Of a stretch of 64,000 bases of DNA, positions 49,815 to 59,261 are shown piece after piece. This DNA comes from Roseibacillus sp. (lineage in GTDB: Bacteria; Verrucomicrobiota; Verrucomicrobiia; Verrucomicrobiales; Akkermansiaceae). The notes beneath the pieces were generated by a model that did no database searches, had not been told where the DNA came from, and saw nothing but the letters and a program-made list of their open reading frames with translations. Position 1 is the first letter of the stretch. Each line of letters opens with the position of its first letter. The stretch is from positions 1,632,001 to 1,696,000 of the forward strand of contig JBPOGI010000001.1 in the NCBI GenBank assembly GCA_051251855.1. The letters run 5' to 3'. A program made the position numbers and the translations under genes.

Positions 49815-51230
49815 TCAATCCTTTTTCAAATTGCGCAAATACGCTTTTGCGGCCCGAGGATGAAGCTGATCGGTCACCTGCGAGTAGGGAGACCCCTCAG
49901 GATACAAACTCACCCGAGGCCGCCCTTCCCGCCGAGTATTCCAATACCCTGGCAGTAGCGTATGGTCCACGGTATCTCCTTCCCCTCCATTGTAAAAATC
50001 GAACAAAACAGAATACCCAACCTCGTTCTCTTCCGCCCACTGAAAAAAGCCATCAATAAAAAGAGGATTATCGTCCCCACCAAAGGCAGCCGAACGCAGG
50101 AACTTCTCTTTGTCACTGCCCTCTCGCCAATTGCGAGTCGGAACCCAGTTTGCCCAGGGACCCCATTCGCTCACCACGAAAGGCAAGCCCTTCTCATCCG
50201 CTAACTCCTTAAAGTAACGCATACCATAAATCGACGACTCTTCGCCCGTGGCTTGGTGGCCCCTGCCTTCGAAGACCTTCCAAACAAACTTCTCGTAAGC
50301 CACTTTTCTCCTCTCGTCGTGAGCGTTCCAATAACCGGGCACCAACTTGTAGTCAGCTTCCTCAGGATCATCGGGCTCATAGTAACATTCCCCATCAGCA
50401 TCGTAGACGTCCACACTCACGAAATCAGCCAAAACCTTATCCTTCTGATCCGAAGCGTTGCCAAAAGCATCGTCAGGATACTCAGGGAAAGCCGCGCTAG
50501 GATCAAAATGGTCAAACCCTACAGTGCTGCACCACACCCAAGTGAACTTCGGGTTCACCTCTTCCATCGTGAGGTAGATAAACTTCCAGCAAGCCTTGTA
50601 CTGTTCTGCAGTCCCCATCGTCTCACCGCCCTCCGGATCAATCCCCCACGGAAACCAATCCCCGACAAACTCCCACCCCAAACGAAGGCGAGCTTCGGAC
50701 ATTCCACTCTTCACCAAAGCCACCGCAAGCGCCCGAAAGGCGTCCTTGGCTTCTTCGTGATGACGACTCTCGGGAAAACCCATTTGCCATCGATCCGCCA
50801 CTGCCCCGGCATCAATCAGCCCCCCCTCGATGCTCTCCAAACGATTCGGAAACATCGGAATCGCCAACTCCACAACATAGTCATGGAGCGCGCCCTTGGG
50901 TCTTCCTAGATAGTGCTGTGCCCCTTCGCCATACTCAATCACCCCATCACCATCAAAGGCGCTCTCCCATCGACGAAGCTGTTCTGCCATCGCCCCCTTG
51001 CGCCCCTCCTCGCTAAAAGTAAGAGCCTCCTTATAAACTTGCCAACGATCCGCCGAAAGGTTGTCACCGATGATATCCGCTTTCTGGCCGGTAAACTTCT
51101 CCCACTCCACCAGAACTGCCATATTCGACGGATTCACATTTGGACCATGCAGAGTTTCTCCACTCACTAACCCCGCAAACAAGCCCCCTAACAGCACACA
51201 CCACCTAACCTCAAAACATCTCCTTCTCAT
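49815..51230 (-). CDS. Secreted GH26-like glycoside hydrolase
   Basis: Signal peptide, RLGWEFVGDWFPWG (acid/base Glu), WVW, ADFVSVDVYD, PFVVSEWG (nucleophile), GDDNPLFI; ATG 51230 lies 1 nt after the holB stop. Confidence 0.7.
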   Translation of the reverse strand: MRRRCFEVRWCVLLGGLFAGLVSGETLHGPNVNPSNMAVLVEWEKFTGQKADIIGDNLSADRWQVYKEALTFSEEGRKGAMAEQLRRWESAFDGDGVIEYGEGAQHYLGRPKGALHDYVVELAIPMFPNRLESIEGGLIDAGAVADRWQMGFPESRHHEEAKDAFRALAVALVKSGMSEARLRLGWEFVGDWFPWGIDPEGGETMGTAEQYKACWKFIYLTMEEVNPKFTWVWCSTVGFDHFDPSAAFPEYPDDAFGNASDQKDKVLADFVSVDVYDADGECYYEPDDPEEADYKLVPGYWNAHDERRKVAYEKFVWKVFEGRGHQATGEESSIYGMRYFKELADEKGLPFVVSEWGPWANWVPTRNWREGSDKEKFLRSAAFGGDDNPLFIDGFFQWAEENEVGYSVLFDFYNGGEGDTVDHTLLPGYWNTRREGRPRVSLYPEGSPYSQVTDQLHPRAAKAYLRNLKKD

Positions 51231-51231
51231 C

Positions 51232-52245
51232 TTAGGAAAAAGCCCCCAACAAACACGTTTCCAGCACCAAAGTCTCTTGCGCATTGGTTTCTAACAAAGA
51301 GACCAATTCCTTCAAAGAATCGGTCCGCCGCAACAATGACTGCAAGTCCTGGCTCTCACCGAATGCTTTCGTATAATCCGTTTGCCTTGGCAAATCAAAA
51401 CGGTCACTCCCAAACTTAGCGCGCACCGCATCGCCCATCCACGCTGCCAACCATTGCACGAGAGCTTGCCGCGCCTCAACCAACTCGCCTGCCAACTCCG
51501 CTTTCATCGCTTCCTCACGCTCTTCTAACCACTTGCCTTCACTCGCATTTTTATAGTGCGCATTCTCCGCCTTCAATTCATCCGCAAATACCTTCTCCCT
51601 TTCCTTTTTCCAATTCGCCAGAATGTCTTCAAAGGAAGCCTTCACCCCCAGTGCAGCCCACACCGAAGGTCCGTTGCGGGAAATATCCGCAAGCGCCCGC
51701 TCCAAATCACGAGTGCGCTCCTCGAGCCGCTCCTCCATCCCTCGTCGATTCGTCAAAGAAATCTCAACACATCGCGAAAGAATTGTGGGTAAAAGTCGCG
51801 CCGGCGAGGTGGTCAAAAGAAGCAGCAGACAGTTATCAGGTGGTTCTTCCAAAGTCTTCAAAAACGCATTCGCCGCTGACTCGCCCATCCGGTCTGCATC
51901 CACAATCACTCCCACCTTCCACGTTCCGTCCGGAGCTGCCAGATGCAGCGGTTTTTCAATTTCCCGCATTTGCTCAACCTTGATCTGACGAGAACGTGAC
52001 TTCGGCCGCACGATGCGAACGAATTCGCCTTCCAACTCGGCCAAAGGCTTGGCAACCACCTCAATCGGCTCCCCCCAGAGATCAGCACCTTCATCCTTGG
52101 GCTGATTGATGTGCTGAATCAGATTCGCCGCCAACTCAGCCTTCCCGCTCCCTGCTGGACCGCTCAAAATCAAGGCATGCGCCAGCCTTCCCCGCTCATG
52201 GGCGGATTCCAGCAATCCCTGCGCATCTTCGACCTTCATTGGCAT
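51232..52245 (-). CDS. holB: DNA polymerase III subunit delta'
   Basis: GRLAHALILSGPAGSGK, IKVEQMR, ADRM..SAANAFLKTLEEPP, LLPTILSRC; start trimmed to ATG 52245. Confidence 0.9.
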   Translation of the reverse strand: MPMKVEDAQGLLESAHERGRLAHALILSGPAGSGKAELAANLIQHINQPKDEGADLWGEPIEVVAKPLAELEGEFVRIVRPKSRSRQIKVEQMREIEKPLHLAAPDGTWKVGVIVDADRMGESAANAFLKTLEEPPDNCLLLLLTTSPARLLPTILSRCVEISLTNRRGMEERLEERTRDLERALADISRNGPSVWAALGVKASFEDILANWKKEREKVFADELKAENAHYKNASEGKWLEEREEAMKAELAGELVEARQALVQWLAAWMGDAVRAKFGSDRFDLPRQTDYTKAFGESQDLQSLLRRTDSLKELVSLLETNAQETLVLETCLLGAFS

Positions 52246-52347
52246 GCCGCTAAGATTGGCCAAATCCCTCCCTGATTCAATCATCCTTTCATTGCTGACT
52301 CCCCCCTTGCCAGATGCTTCCCCACAGCCGAGACTACCCGCACACAC

Positions 52348-53361
52348 ATGAGCGAAACGACAAGCAAACCGGAGTCCCAAGTTCCCGTCATGATTGCTGG
52401 TACAGGGAGTTACCTTCCTGAAAAGATTCTCACCAATGCCGAGCTCGAAGCCCTTGTCGAAACCTCGGACGAATGGATCACCTCTCGGACTGGCATCAAA
52501 GAACGTCGCATCGCTGCCGACGATGAGTTCACCTCCCACATGGCCACCAAGGCCGCCGAGAAGGCACTCGAACAAGCCGATATTGCCGCAGAAGACGTGC
52601 AACTCATCATCGTTGCCACTATCACCCCCGACACCCTCACTCCCGCGACTGCTTGCTACGTGCAGCAGAACCTCGGGAGCCTTCAAGCTGTCGCCTTCGA
52701 TATCTCAGCAGCCTGTTCGGGCTTTATCTATGCTATGAAGATCGCCAAGCGCCTCATCTCTGATGGAGCTTTTGAGAACGCCCTCATTATTGGTGCAGAG
52801 AAACTCTCATCTTTCGTCAATTGGGAGGACAGAAACACTTGTATCCTCTTCGGCGACGGAGCCGGTGCCGCCGTATTGCGGCGCTCCAAAGAAGGAGAAG
52901 GCAACATCATCGCCACCGACATCGGCACCGACGGTCGCCAAACCCATCTTCTCAACATCCCAGGTGGTGGCTCAGCCTGCCCCATCACTATTCAAAACGC
53001 CGACCAGAGACTCGCCTCGCTTGCTATGCTCGGAAAGGAAGTCTTCAAACATGCCGTCACGCGCATGAAGCAGTCAGCCGAAACCGTTCTCGAACGCGCC
53101 GGCATTTCCTCCGAAGAGGTCAAACTCGTCATTCCCCATCAAGCGAATCTCCGCATCATCGATGCCATCGCCGACCGTCTTACCGTGCCCAAGGACCGTG
53201 TTTTCACCAACCTTCAGAAATACGGTAATACCTCCGCCGCTGCCGTCGCCATTGCCTTAGACGAAGCCCATCGTACTGGACGTTTCGAGCGTGGAGACAA
53301 GATCGTCCTCGTCGTCTTCGGTGCTGGCCTCACATGGGCCGCCGCCGCTATCGAATGGTAG
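52348..53361 (+). CDS. fabH: Beta-ketoacyl-ACP synthase III
   Basis: TSDEWITSRTGI, AACSGF, FGDGAGA, PHQANLRII, YGNTSAA, FGAGLTW. Confidence 0.96.
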   Translation: MSETTSKPESQVPVMIAGTGSYLPEKILTNAELEALVETSDEWITSRTGIKERRIAADDEFTSHMATKAAEKALEQADIAAEDVQLIIVATITPDTLTPATACYVQQNLGSLQAVAFDISAACSGFIYAMKIAKRLISDGAFENALIIGAEKLSSFVNWEDRNTCILFGDGAGAAVLRRSKEGEGNIIATDIGTDGRQTHLLNIPGGGSACPITIQNADQRLASLAMLGKEVFKHAVTRMKQSAETVLERAGISSEEVKLVIPHQANLRIIDAIADRLTVPKDRVFTNLQKYGNTSAAAVAIALDEAHRTGRFERGDKIVLVVFGAGLTWAAAAIEW

Positions 53362-53396
53362 CGCTGGACCCGGCAACCCGTTCCTGACGGGCACTT

Positions 53397-54329
53397 CTAA
53401 ACTCCCACTTCTTGCTTGGGACCCTCAACCACTGGTGGTGCTGGCGGAGCAGCTGGAACCAGTTCTGGCGTCACAGTCACCTCAGACACCTCCGTCCCAC
53501 GCAAAAATTTAACCACTTCATCTTCTCCCTCTTTTAGATAGAAGAAAGCGTTGAGCGCATCCGAGTAACTTCGAATCGGACGCTCGCCTATCTGCAGAAG
53601 AATATCCCCCTTCACAATGCCAGCCTTTGCTGCCGGAGACGCTTGTCGCACCGCCTGCACTACCGCAAACGGATCACTCGCCAAAAGCTCTACCCCAAAC
53701 CAACTCCGCTGAACTACCCCGTCAATGACCGTCGCTCCTTGAATTCTTTTCACCACCTCCACGGGGTAGGCAAAACTCCCGTTTCCGAATTCCACTACCT
53801 TCCGATAATTAATGGCCACCAGTCGCCCCGCCGAATCAAATAGCGGATGCCCCAAAGCAGGATTCAGATCATCCCTATGATGAGCACGGAACAATTCGAG
53901 AGGGAGAGGCTTCTCATTGTATTCGCTCTCTCGACTCACAAAGCGAGAAAGAGAGGTATCGCCCTCCACGCCGAGGTAAAGAACATCCCCAGGAAGCAAC
54001 GAAAGTGAACTGCCTAGTTCGACAGGCTTCGTTCTCAATCCTTCGGCCATAGGGACACGAACCAAAGTCAGTCGGCTCACCGGATCATGCGCAACCAATT
54101 TCACTGGCTCGGTCTGGTACCTTCCCGAGCGAAAATCAACTGTCGCCTCAGTAACAACGATCCCCAATCCATTCTCATCCAAGAAAATCACCTCGGACTT
54201 CGCCTGTCCGGGCCCCTCCTTTTTATTGAAGAAAACCGAGCTCGAAAACTCCTGTGCCGCCAACGAAAAAACGCTCCCACTCGCAACGAGGAGAACGCTC
54301 ACTATCAGAGTTCCAAAACTAGAACTCAC
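53397..54329 (-). CDS. Secreted HtrA/S1C-like trypsin-PDZ protein lacking catalytic His and Ser
   Basis: VAHDPVSRLTLV, LGSSLSL, NPALGHPLFDSAGRLVAI, SFAYP, WFGV...SPAAKAGIVKGDIL (PDZ). Start uncertain (GTG 54329 or 54302). Confidence 0.75.
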   Translation of the reverse strand: MSSSFGTLIVSVLLVASGSVFSLAAQEFSSSVFFNKKEGPGQAKSEVIFLDENGLGIVVTEATVDFRSGRYQTEPVKLVAHDPVSRLTLVRVPMAEGLRTKPVELGSSLSLLPGDVLYLGVEGDTSLSRFVSRESEYNEKPLPLELFRAHHRDDLNPALGHPLFDSAGRLVAINYRKVVEFGNGSFAYPVEVVKRIQGATVIDGVVQRSWFGVELLASDPFAVVQAVRQASPAAKAGIVKGDILLQIGERPIRSYSDALNAFFYLKEGEDEVVKFLRGTEVSEVTVTPELVPAAPPAPPVVEGPKQEVGV

Positions 54330-54744
54330 TCGGAAGAATTTCGCGCGATTCGTCGCTGCGGTCCTGGCCCGGAGCATCGGGTGTGGCAGTTTCCAATTCG
54401 ACATGCTGTAACTTACTACCTTCTGGAAGAAAGTCTTCTGTCTCTTTTGCAAAACCCGAGGAATCTTTCGTGCCCAGCGTTCCAAAAAATCCGAGAGCAA
54501 GAACAGCATAGGCCACTCCGGCTCCAATAGCCCACTTAGCAGCCCCTAAGTCCTGAAACCATTCTGTGAAACGGCTCCAAACAGAACTTGTGCTCGAACT
54601 CGCAACAGTCTGACGCTGACGACGGTGAAATTCATCCAAAAAGTCCTCGAAGTAGCCATCAACAGGCTGCTCGTAGTTCTTAAGACGTAAGAGACGTTGG
54701 AGGTCTTCCAACTCGTCAGCTGGGATGTCTTGGGTATCGGTCAT
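54319..54744 (-). CDS. Putative anti-sigma factor (single TM)
   Basis: Directly after the ECF sigma; LLRLKNYEQPVDGYFEDFLDEFHRRQR, then one TM helix. Confidence 0.7.
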   Translation of the reverse strand: MTDTQDIPADELEDLQRLLRLKNYEQPVDGYFEDFLDEFHRRQRQTVASSSTSSVWSRFTEWFQDLGAAKWAIGAGVAYAVLALGFFGTLGTKDSSGFAKETEDFLPEGSKLQHVELETATPDAPGQDRSDESREILPSEF

Positions 54745-54791
54745 GTCAGAAAACTTTCGCAAAATTATCAAAAAAAATTAATTTAGCAATC

Positions 54792-55394
54792 TTAAACTTC
54801 AGCAGGCCTCAGGCGAAACTCTTCCAAGTGTCCCTGAAGCTGCTTATGAGCGTAAAATAGCCTCGAGCGAACGGTCCCCTCCGAGACACCCAGAACCCGG
54901 CTGATTTCAGCATGGGGAATTCCTTGGATATCAAACATTGTCACGACAGCTCTATGGTCCTTCGACAAAGCTTGCAGGGCATCGTTCAATTTTTCTTGTA
55001 AAGAGTGGACATCGCTCTGTTTCCGAGGATTGGCGCGATTAGTATAATCAACGAATGCGGGGTCGTTTTGAATCCCCGAATCAACCTCATCGAGACTGCT
55101 CGCCATTCTCCGCTTTCGCTTTTTGAGAAAGTTCAGCGTCATATTGGTCCCGATCGCGTAAATCCAAGTGTAGAACGTCGATTTCCCCTGAAATCGGCCC
55201 AAGGACCGAAACGCTTTCGCAAAGACATCCTGCAAGAGGTCGTTAGTATCATCCTTGTTCGACGTCATGTTGTAAATCAGCCCGTAAAGCTTGGGACTGT
55301 ATTTTACAATCAACTCATCAAAGGCACGAGTATCCCCGGCTTGGGCTCTCTCGACCAACTCAAGATCGGGATCTATTTTACGAACGATACTCAT
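54792..55394 (-). CDS. ECF RNA polymerase sigma factor (RpoE-like)
   Basis: DLELVERAQAGDTRAFDEL, DLLQDVF, FYTWIYAI, HAEISRVLGVSEGTVRSRLFYA. Confidence 0.93.
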   Translation of the reverse strand: MSIVRKIDPDLELVERAQAGDTRAFDELIVKYSPKLYGLIYNMTSNKDDTNDLLQDVFAKAFRSLGRFQGKSTFYTWIYAIGTNMTLNFLKKRKRRMASSLDEVDSGIQNDPAFVDYTNRANPRKQSDVHSLQEKLNDALQALSKDHRAVVTMFDIQGIPHAEISRVLGVSEGTVRSRLFYAHKQLQGHLEEFRLRPAEV

Positions 55395-55418
55395 TCACTA
55401 CTAACAAAGGGTGGCTAT

Positions 55419-55446
55419 AGGGTAGGACTCTCGACGGAACTGTCAA
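55419..55446 (-). promoter_or_regulatory. sigma70-type promoter of the ECF sigma operon
   Basis: Minus strand TTGACA (55446-55441), N16, TACCCT (55424-55419). Confidence 0.55.
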
Positions 55447-55483
55447 AAGCAGAGCGCACGTTCCGTGGCATCAACAGAAACCT

Positions 55484-56464
55484 CTACCCTCGCAAAGTCG
55501 TGGTCACCACGACCCCTTCACAATTGCTCAAAATCGGCTTCTCCACCTCGACCTTCACTGCACGTGCACCAAATTCACCTACCACCAAGACCGCAATCTC
55601 TTCCGCCAAAGTCTCGATGAGCTTGCGAGGTCTTTCCCCCACCAACGCCTTAATGGCTTCGGTCACCTCGTAGTAGTCGATGGTTCCCATAATTTCATCC
55701 CCAAGACCACTGATTCCGTTTCTCGTTTCGATAGTCAAACTCACTTTGATATCTTGCGACTTCTCACGCTCCTCGTCCGGCACTCCGATAAAGACCGGCA
55801 ATCTTAGCTTCCTCACCACAATATCAGCGCGCACCGACTGCAGCACCGGAACACAAAGCGCGGGCAACTCCCCCACATGAGGCAAAAGCACCTGCGGAAA
55901 GGCCTTTGCCAACCTTTCGACAGGGTCATAGCCAGATAGGACTGCCACTGAGACCACCCCCCCAGATTGAGCAGCATGAATATCGTGAACCATGTCACCC
56001 ACATAGGCAGTCTCGGCACTCACAAGCGCATACTTACCCGTCACCTCCGCCATCTTCTCCCGCTTATCCAACACCCCCGCGTAAATCCCCTCAAAATAAT
56101 GGGTGAGACCGAAACTCTCGGCCTGCCTCAGCAAGGCCTCCTCATTCATGCTCGAAAGCACAAAGAGACGCAGTCCCTTTTGCTTAGCATCTTCGAGAAA
56201 CTTCCGCGTATACTCCAAAGGCTGAACGAGATGTTCGGCTTCAAAAAACGCCTCCTTAAACAGAACCTCCAGATCAGCCAAGGACTGCTCTGGCAAGAAT
56301 TCCTCATAAAATTCTGGATAAGGCAACCGGAAGTCACGCCGGAAGTCATCCGCCGAAAAAGCAGACTTTCCGTGCGCTTCAAAGACAACATTGGTCGCGA
56401 CCAATGTTGCGGTGAAGTCGTCCACCAACGTGCCCGACCAGTCCAAAATGAGATTTCGAATCAT
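55484..56464 (-). CDS. folB: HAD hydrolase fused to dihydroneopterin aldolase
   Basis: N-terminal ILDWSGTLVDD, VLSS, K, YVGDMVHD (HAD motifs I-IV). C-terminal IGVPDEER...TIDYYEV...LIETLAEEIA...VEKP (FolB). Confidence 0.85.
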   Translation of the reverse strand: MIRNLILDWSGTLVDDFTATLVATNVVFEAHGKSAFSADDFRRDFRLPYPEFYEEFLPEQSLADLEVLFKEAFFEAEHLVQPLEYTRKFLEDAKQKGLRLFVLSSMNEEALLRQAESFGLTHYFEGIYAGVLDKREKMAEVTGKYALVSAETAYVGDMVHDIHAAQSGGVVSVAVLSGYDPVERLAKAFPQVLLPHVGELPALCVPVLQSVRADIVVRKLRLPVFIGVPDEEREKSQDIKVSLTIETRNGISGLGDEIMGTIDYYEVTEAIKALVGERPRKLIETLAEEIAVLVVGEFGARAVKVEVEKPILSNCEGVVVTTTLRG

Positions 56465-56467
56465 AAA

Positions 56468-56845
56468 TTATCCTGTAATCAACCGTACCTCTCGTACAGC
56501 CTCTTTTCCTAGCTCTTTTTGCACCTTACGCAAAAGTTCGCCACGCGATTGCTCCAGGTGAAAACGCATCGCTGGCTGCAGGACTCGCAGAACGAGAACT
56601 CCGCGCTTGAGCGAAATCACCTCAGTCTGAGCCGCTACGAAATCACCCGCGACGGCTTTCCAACCCTCACGGATTCGGCCTTCCTCAACGCCATCGGCGA
56701 TTTTCAAGCCTCCCAAAATGGCACTGACCCAGTCAGCAGCCTTTGAGCAATTTTTCTCTGTAGGCATGGGAACATCTCCCCCTTGCCAATCACGCACAAC
56801 AGGCCTTGTTGAATAGACCTGACGCTTATCGCGCGACTTCTTCAT
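56468..56845 (-). CDS. DUF721/DciA-family protein
   Basis: IREGWKAVAGDFVAAQTEVISLKRGVLVLRV...LLRKVQKELG...VREVR. Confidence 0.8.
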   Translation of the reverse strand: MKKSRDKRQVYSTRPVVRDWQGGDVPMPTEKNCSKAADWVSAILGGLKIADGVEEGRIREGWKAVAGDFVAAQTEVISLKRGVLVLRVLQPAMRFHLEQSRGELLRKVQKELGKEAVREVRLITG

Positions 56846-57075
56846 TCCCCATCATCGCCAATGGCCTCGACAGGACAGCCTTCCATCGCTTCCTCGCATT
56901 GCTCTCTTTCCTCGTCAGACTCGGGCTGCTTAAAAACGTAGGAGTAGCCCTCATCTTCCTGACGGGTAAAATTTGCGGGAGCTGTTTCGCGACAGAGGTC
57001 GCAATCAATGCACTGGGTATCTACGTAAAAGATCCCCTTGATGTTCTCCTCATGTTTATCGTCTTTATCAGCCAT
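56842..57075 (-). CDS. Single-cluster 4Fe-4S ferredoxin
   Basis: YVDTQCIDCDLC...AP.NF...CPVEAIG; ATG 57075. Confidence 0.92.
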   Translation of the reverse strand: MADKDDKHEENIKGIFYVDTQCIDCDLCRETAPANFTRQEDEGYSYVFKQPESDEEREQCEEAMEGCPVEAIGDDGE

Positions 57076-57216
57076 TAGTATCGTTAGGTTGCTGCAGAAG
57101 GTGTCCGTCAAGTCCGGTTACGTTGCAACAGTTTTTTTAGTCTTTCCTAAATTGTCTTGATGGGATTTCGGGACTCGCCAAGAGCCGTCACCCTCCATAA
57201 AGTCCCGCCCACCACT

Positions 57217-58428
57217 ATGAGCCGTCGGCGCAAGCGCAAAAAACTGAACTCTTTGGAGACCAAAGGCAGTGATAAACAAGAGGTCGTTTCTTCCCACGAG
57301 AATAAGCCTGAACAGCTTTCACCAACAAAAAAAACGCCTTCAACATCGCCTGAAGTCCAGCCTCTTCCTTCCAAGAGAATCGATAACAAAAGCGATCTCG
57401 GCGAAGAGTTCGATTTGGAACTCGATGATGACTTTACCGAAACCGAGACAAACTCTTCTGAGAATAAAATATCTCTTCCTTCGAGCGAAAATAAGACGGA
57501 AATGCGTAGTCTCCGGAGGCCAAGCGAGCCCTCCAAAAGTGAGAAACCGCTCGCAGACGAAGCCTCTGAATCGACGAAAATGCGGCGGATTGCAAAGTCC
57601 GCTGAAAAACGCAGCCCTCACGAAGTCGACCTTAGCCCCCTTGATGACGAAGTAGACCAAAAGAAAAACTCTAAATCTGAGGTAATCTCCACACCTGAAC
57701 TAAGCTCCAAGCCTCAGGAAGAACCCCAACCTGAGCAACAAAAAGCACCTCAAGTTGAAGAGAGCCATCCTGACACTCCCCCTCTCACCCCTGAGGCGAA
57801 CAAAGCCGACTCAGAGAAATTCTCGTTTCGCACCTTAGTTCAGAACTCGTTGGGCTCTTTGTCCCTCATTGAGCAAGCATCATTAGGAGCTCTGACAGTC
57901 ATCCTCGTCGTTGCCGCCTTTTGGTCCACTTCGGTAGTCTCCGCCCGTATCCCCAATACTATCATAGCTTCGAAGTTGAAATACCCCCTCAAGGGTGAAG
58001 CTGTTGTACTCGCCAGCTACGAAAGCTATTGGCGAAGCCCCATCCGTGAAGGGGAAAATATCGACGAGGGTGTTTCCGAGTCCATTGAGATCATCCCAGA
58101 AGTCAAAGTTTCACTCGACTCCAATTCGAAAGCCAAAGCACTTCGATTTCTGTTTCGCGATGAGGAAGGCCGCTATGTAGGCGACTCCTCAACTGTAAAA
58201 ATATCAGGTTCCACATTCCTCCCCTCCGAAAACGTGACCTCCTCCACGAAGGGAAAAAGCGCCATTATTCGCTCCACGACCGGATTTGAACACGAAGGAG
58301 AGTTGATTTCCTATCTCGCCGACGAAACCTTTCAATGGGAGATCGTAATTCTCGAATCTAAAGACGGTATCGAATACACCGAATTCATGGCCATCCCAAT
58401 TTCAGCAAATCGCAAAGACAACTCATGA
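57217..58428 (+). CDS. Hypothetical bitopic membrane protein (low-complexity N-terminus, one TM, folded C-terminal domain)
   Basis: S/E/K/P-rich first half, TM LGALTVILVVAAFW, ATGA overlap with hemQ. Confidence 0.7.
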   Translation: MSRRRKRKKLNSLETKGSDKQEVVSSHENKPEQLSPTKKTPSTSPEVQPLPSKRIDNKSDLGEEFDLELDDDFTETETNSSENKISLPSSENKTEMRSLRRPSEPSKSEKPLADEASESTKMRRIAKSAEKRSPHEVDLSPLDDEVDQKKNSKSEVISTPELSSKPQEEPQPEQQKAPQVEESHPDTPPLTPEANKADSEKFSFRTLVQNSLGSLSLIEQASLGALTVILVVAAFWSTSVVSARIPNTIIASKLKYPLKGEAVVLASYESYWRSPIREGENIDEGVSESIEIIPEVKVSLDSNSKAKALRFLFRDEEGRYVGDSSTVKISGSTFLPSENVTSSTKGKSAIIRSTTGFEHEGELISYLADETFQWEIVILESKDGIEYTEFMAIPISANRKDNS

Positions 58429-59261
58429 CCGAAGCATCTCAAGCCCCAAACGTGCGCCCCGAAGAAGGTTGGCACGTCCTCCATCTCTACTATCAAGTCG
58501 ATCACGCTCAATGGGCGACCCTTTCACGTGACGAACAACTCGAGGCAAAAACCAACCTTACCGAGCTCATCCAAGAGATCCGGTCATTTCCTGAGACTCA
58601 ACTGCTCGCCTTTGCGGTCACAACTCCCAAGGCAGATATCGGGTTCATGCTTTTGACCCCCGATTTGGTGGCTGCCACTCATTTCGAAAAGCGCCTCACC
58701 CTCTCCCTCGGGCCCGAGGTCCTTGCCCCAGCTTACTCTTACCTTTCTCAAACCGAACGCTCGGAATACACTACCACCCGCGAGCAATACTCAGCGGAGA
58801 CACTCATCGCCGAACAAGGACTCGCCGAGAAGAGCGAAGAACACCAAACAGCACTCAAGGAGTTCGACGAGCGCATGGAAAAATATTCCCAGCACCGGCT
58901 CTACCCAGTCCTCCCGGATTGGCCAGTCGTTTGCTTCTACCCCATGTCTAAGCGACGCGGCAGTCACCCCGACTACAACTGGTATGGCACCGAATACGAC
59001 GAACGCCGTCAACTGATGAAGGGACACGCCACCACTGGCAGAAAATACTCCGGCAAGATTCTTCAACTCATCTCTGGTTCTACCGGCCTCGACGAGCATG
59101 AGTGGGGAGTCACTCTTCTTGCGCACGACACCTACCAAATCAAAGCGATTGTCTACGAAATGCGCTTCGACGACGTTTCAGCTCGCTATGGCGAATTTGG
59201 GGACTTCTACATCGGCCTGCAACTCCCCCTCGACGAGCTTTTCCGCCGAATTTGCCTATAA
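58425..59261 (+). CDS. hemQ: Coproheme decarboxylase (chlorite dismutase superfamily)
   Basis: EGWHVLH, KADIGF, CFYPMSKRR, NWY, LMKGH, GSTGLDEHEWGVTL, YEMRFD..SARYGEFG. Confidence 0.88.
   Translation: MTEASQAPNVRPEEGWHVLHLYYQVDHAQWATLSRDEQLEAKTNLTELIQEIRSFPETQLLAFAVTTPKADIGFMLLTPDLVAATHFEKRLTLSLGPEVLAPAYSYLSQTERSEYTTTREQYSAETLIAEQGLAEKSEEHQTALKEFDERMEKYSQHRLYPVLPDWPVVCFYPMSKRRGSHPDYNWYGTEYDERRQLMKGHATTGRKYSGKILQLISGSTGLDEHEWGVTLLAHDTYQIKAIVYEMRFDDVSARYGEFGDFYIGLQLPLDELFRRICL

Noticed and set aside
41480..51230. GT2 synthase and GH26-like hydrolase as one mannan synthesis system
   Set aside because: They are about 7 kb apart, in separate transcription units with unrelated genes between them.
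52246..52686. Long N-terminal extension of holB in the ORF track
   Set aside because: It is the antisense shadow of fabH; HolB similarity starts at MPMKVEDA (52245).
54330..54527. N-terminal extension of the PDZ protein overlapping the anti-sigma gene
   Set aside because: Alternate-frame read-through; the signal peptide begins near 54329-54302.
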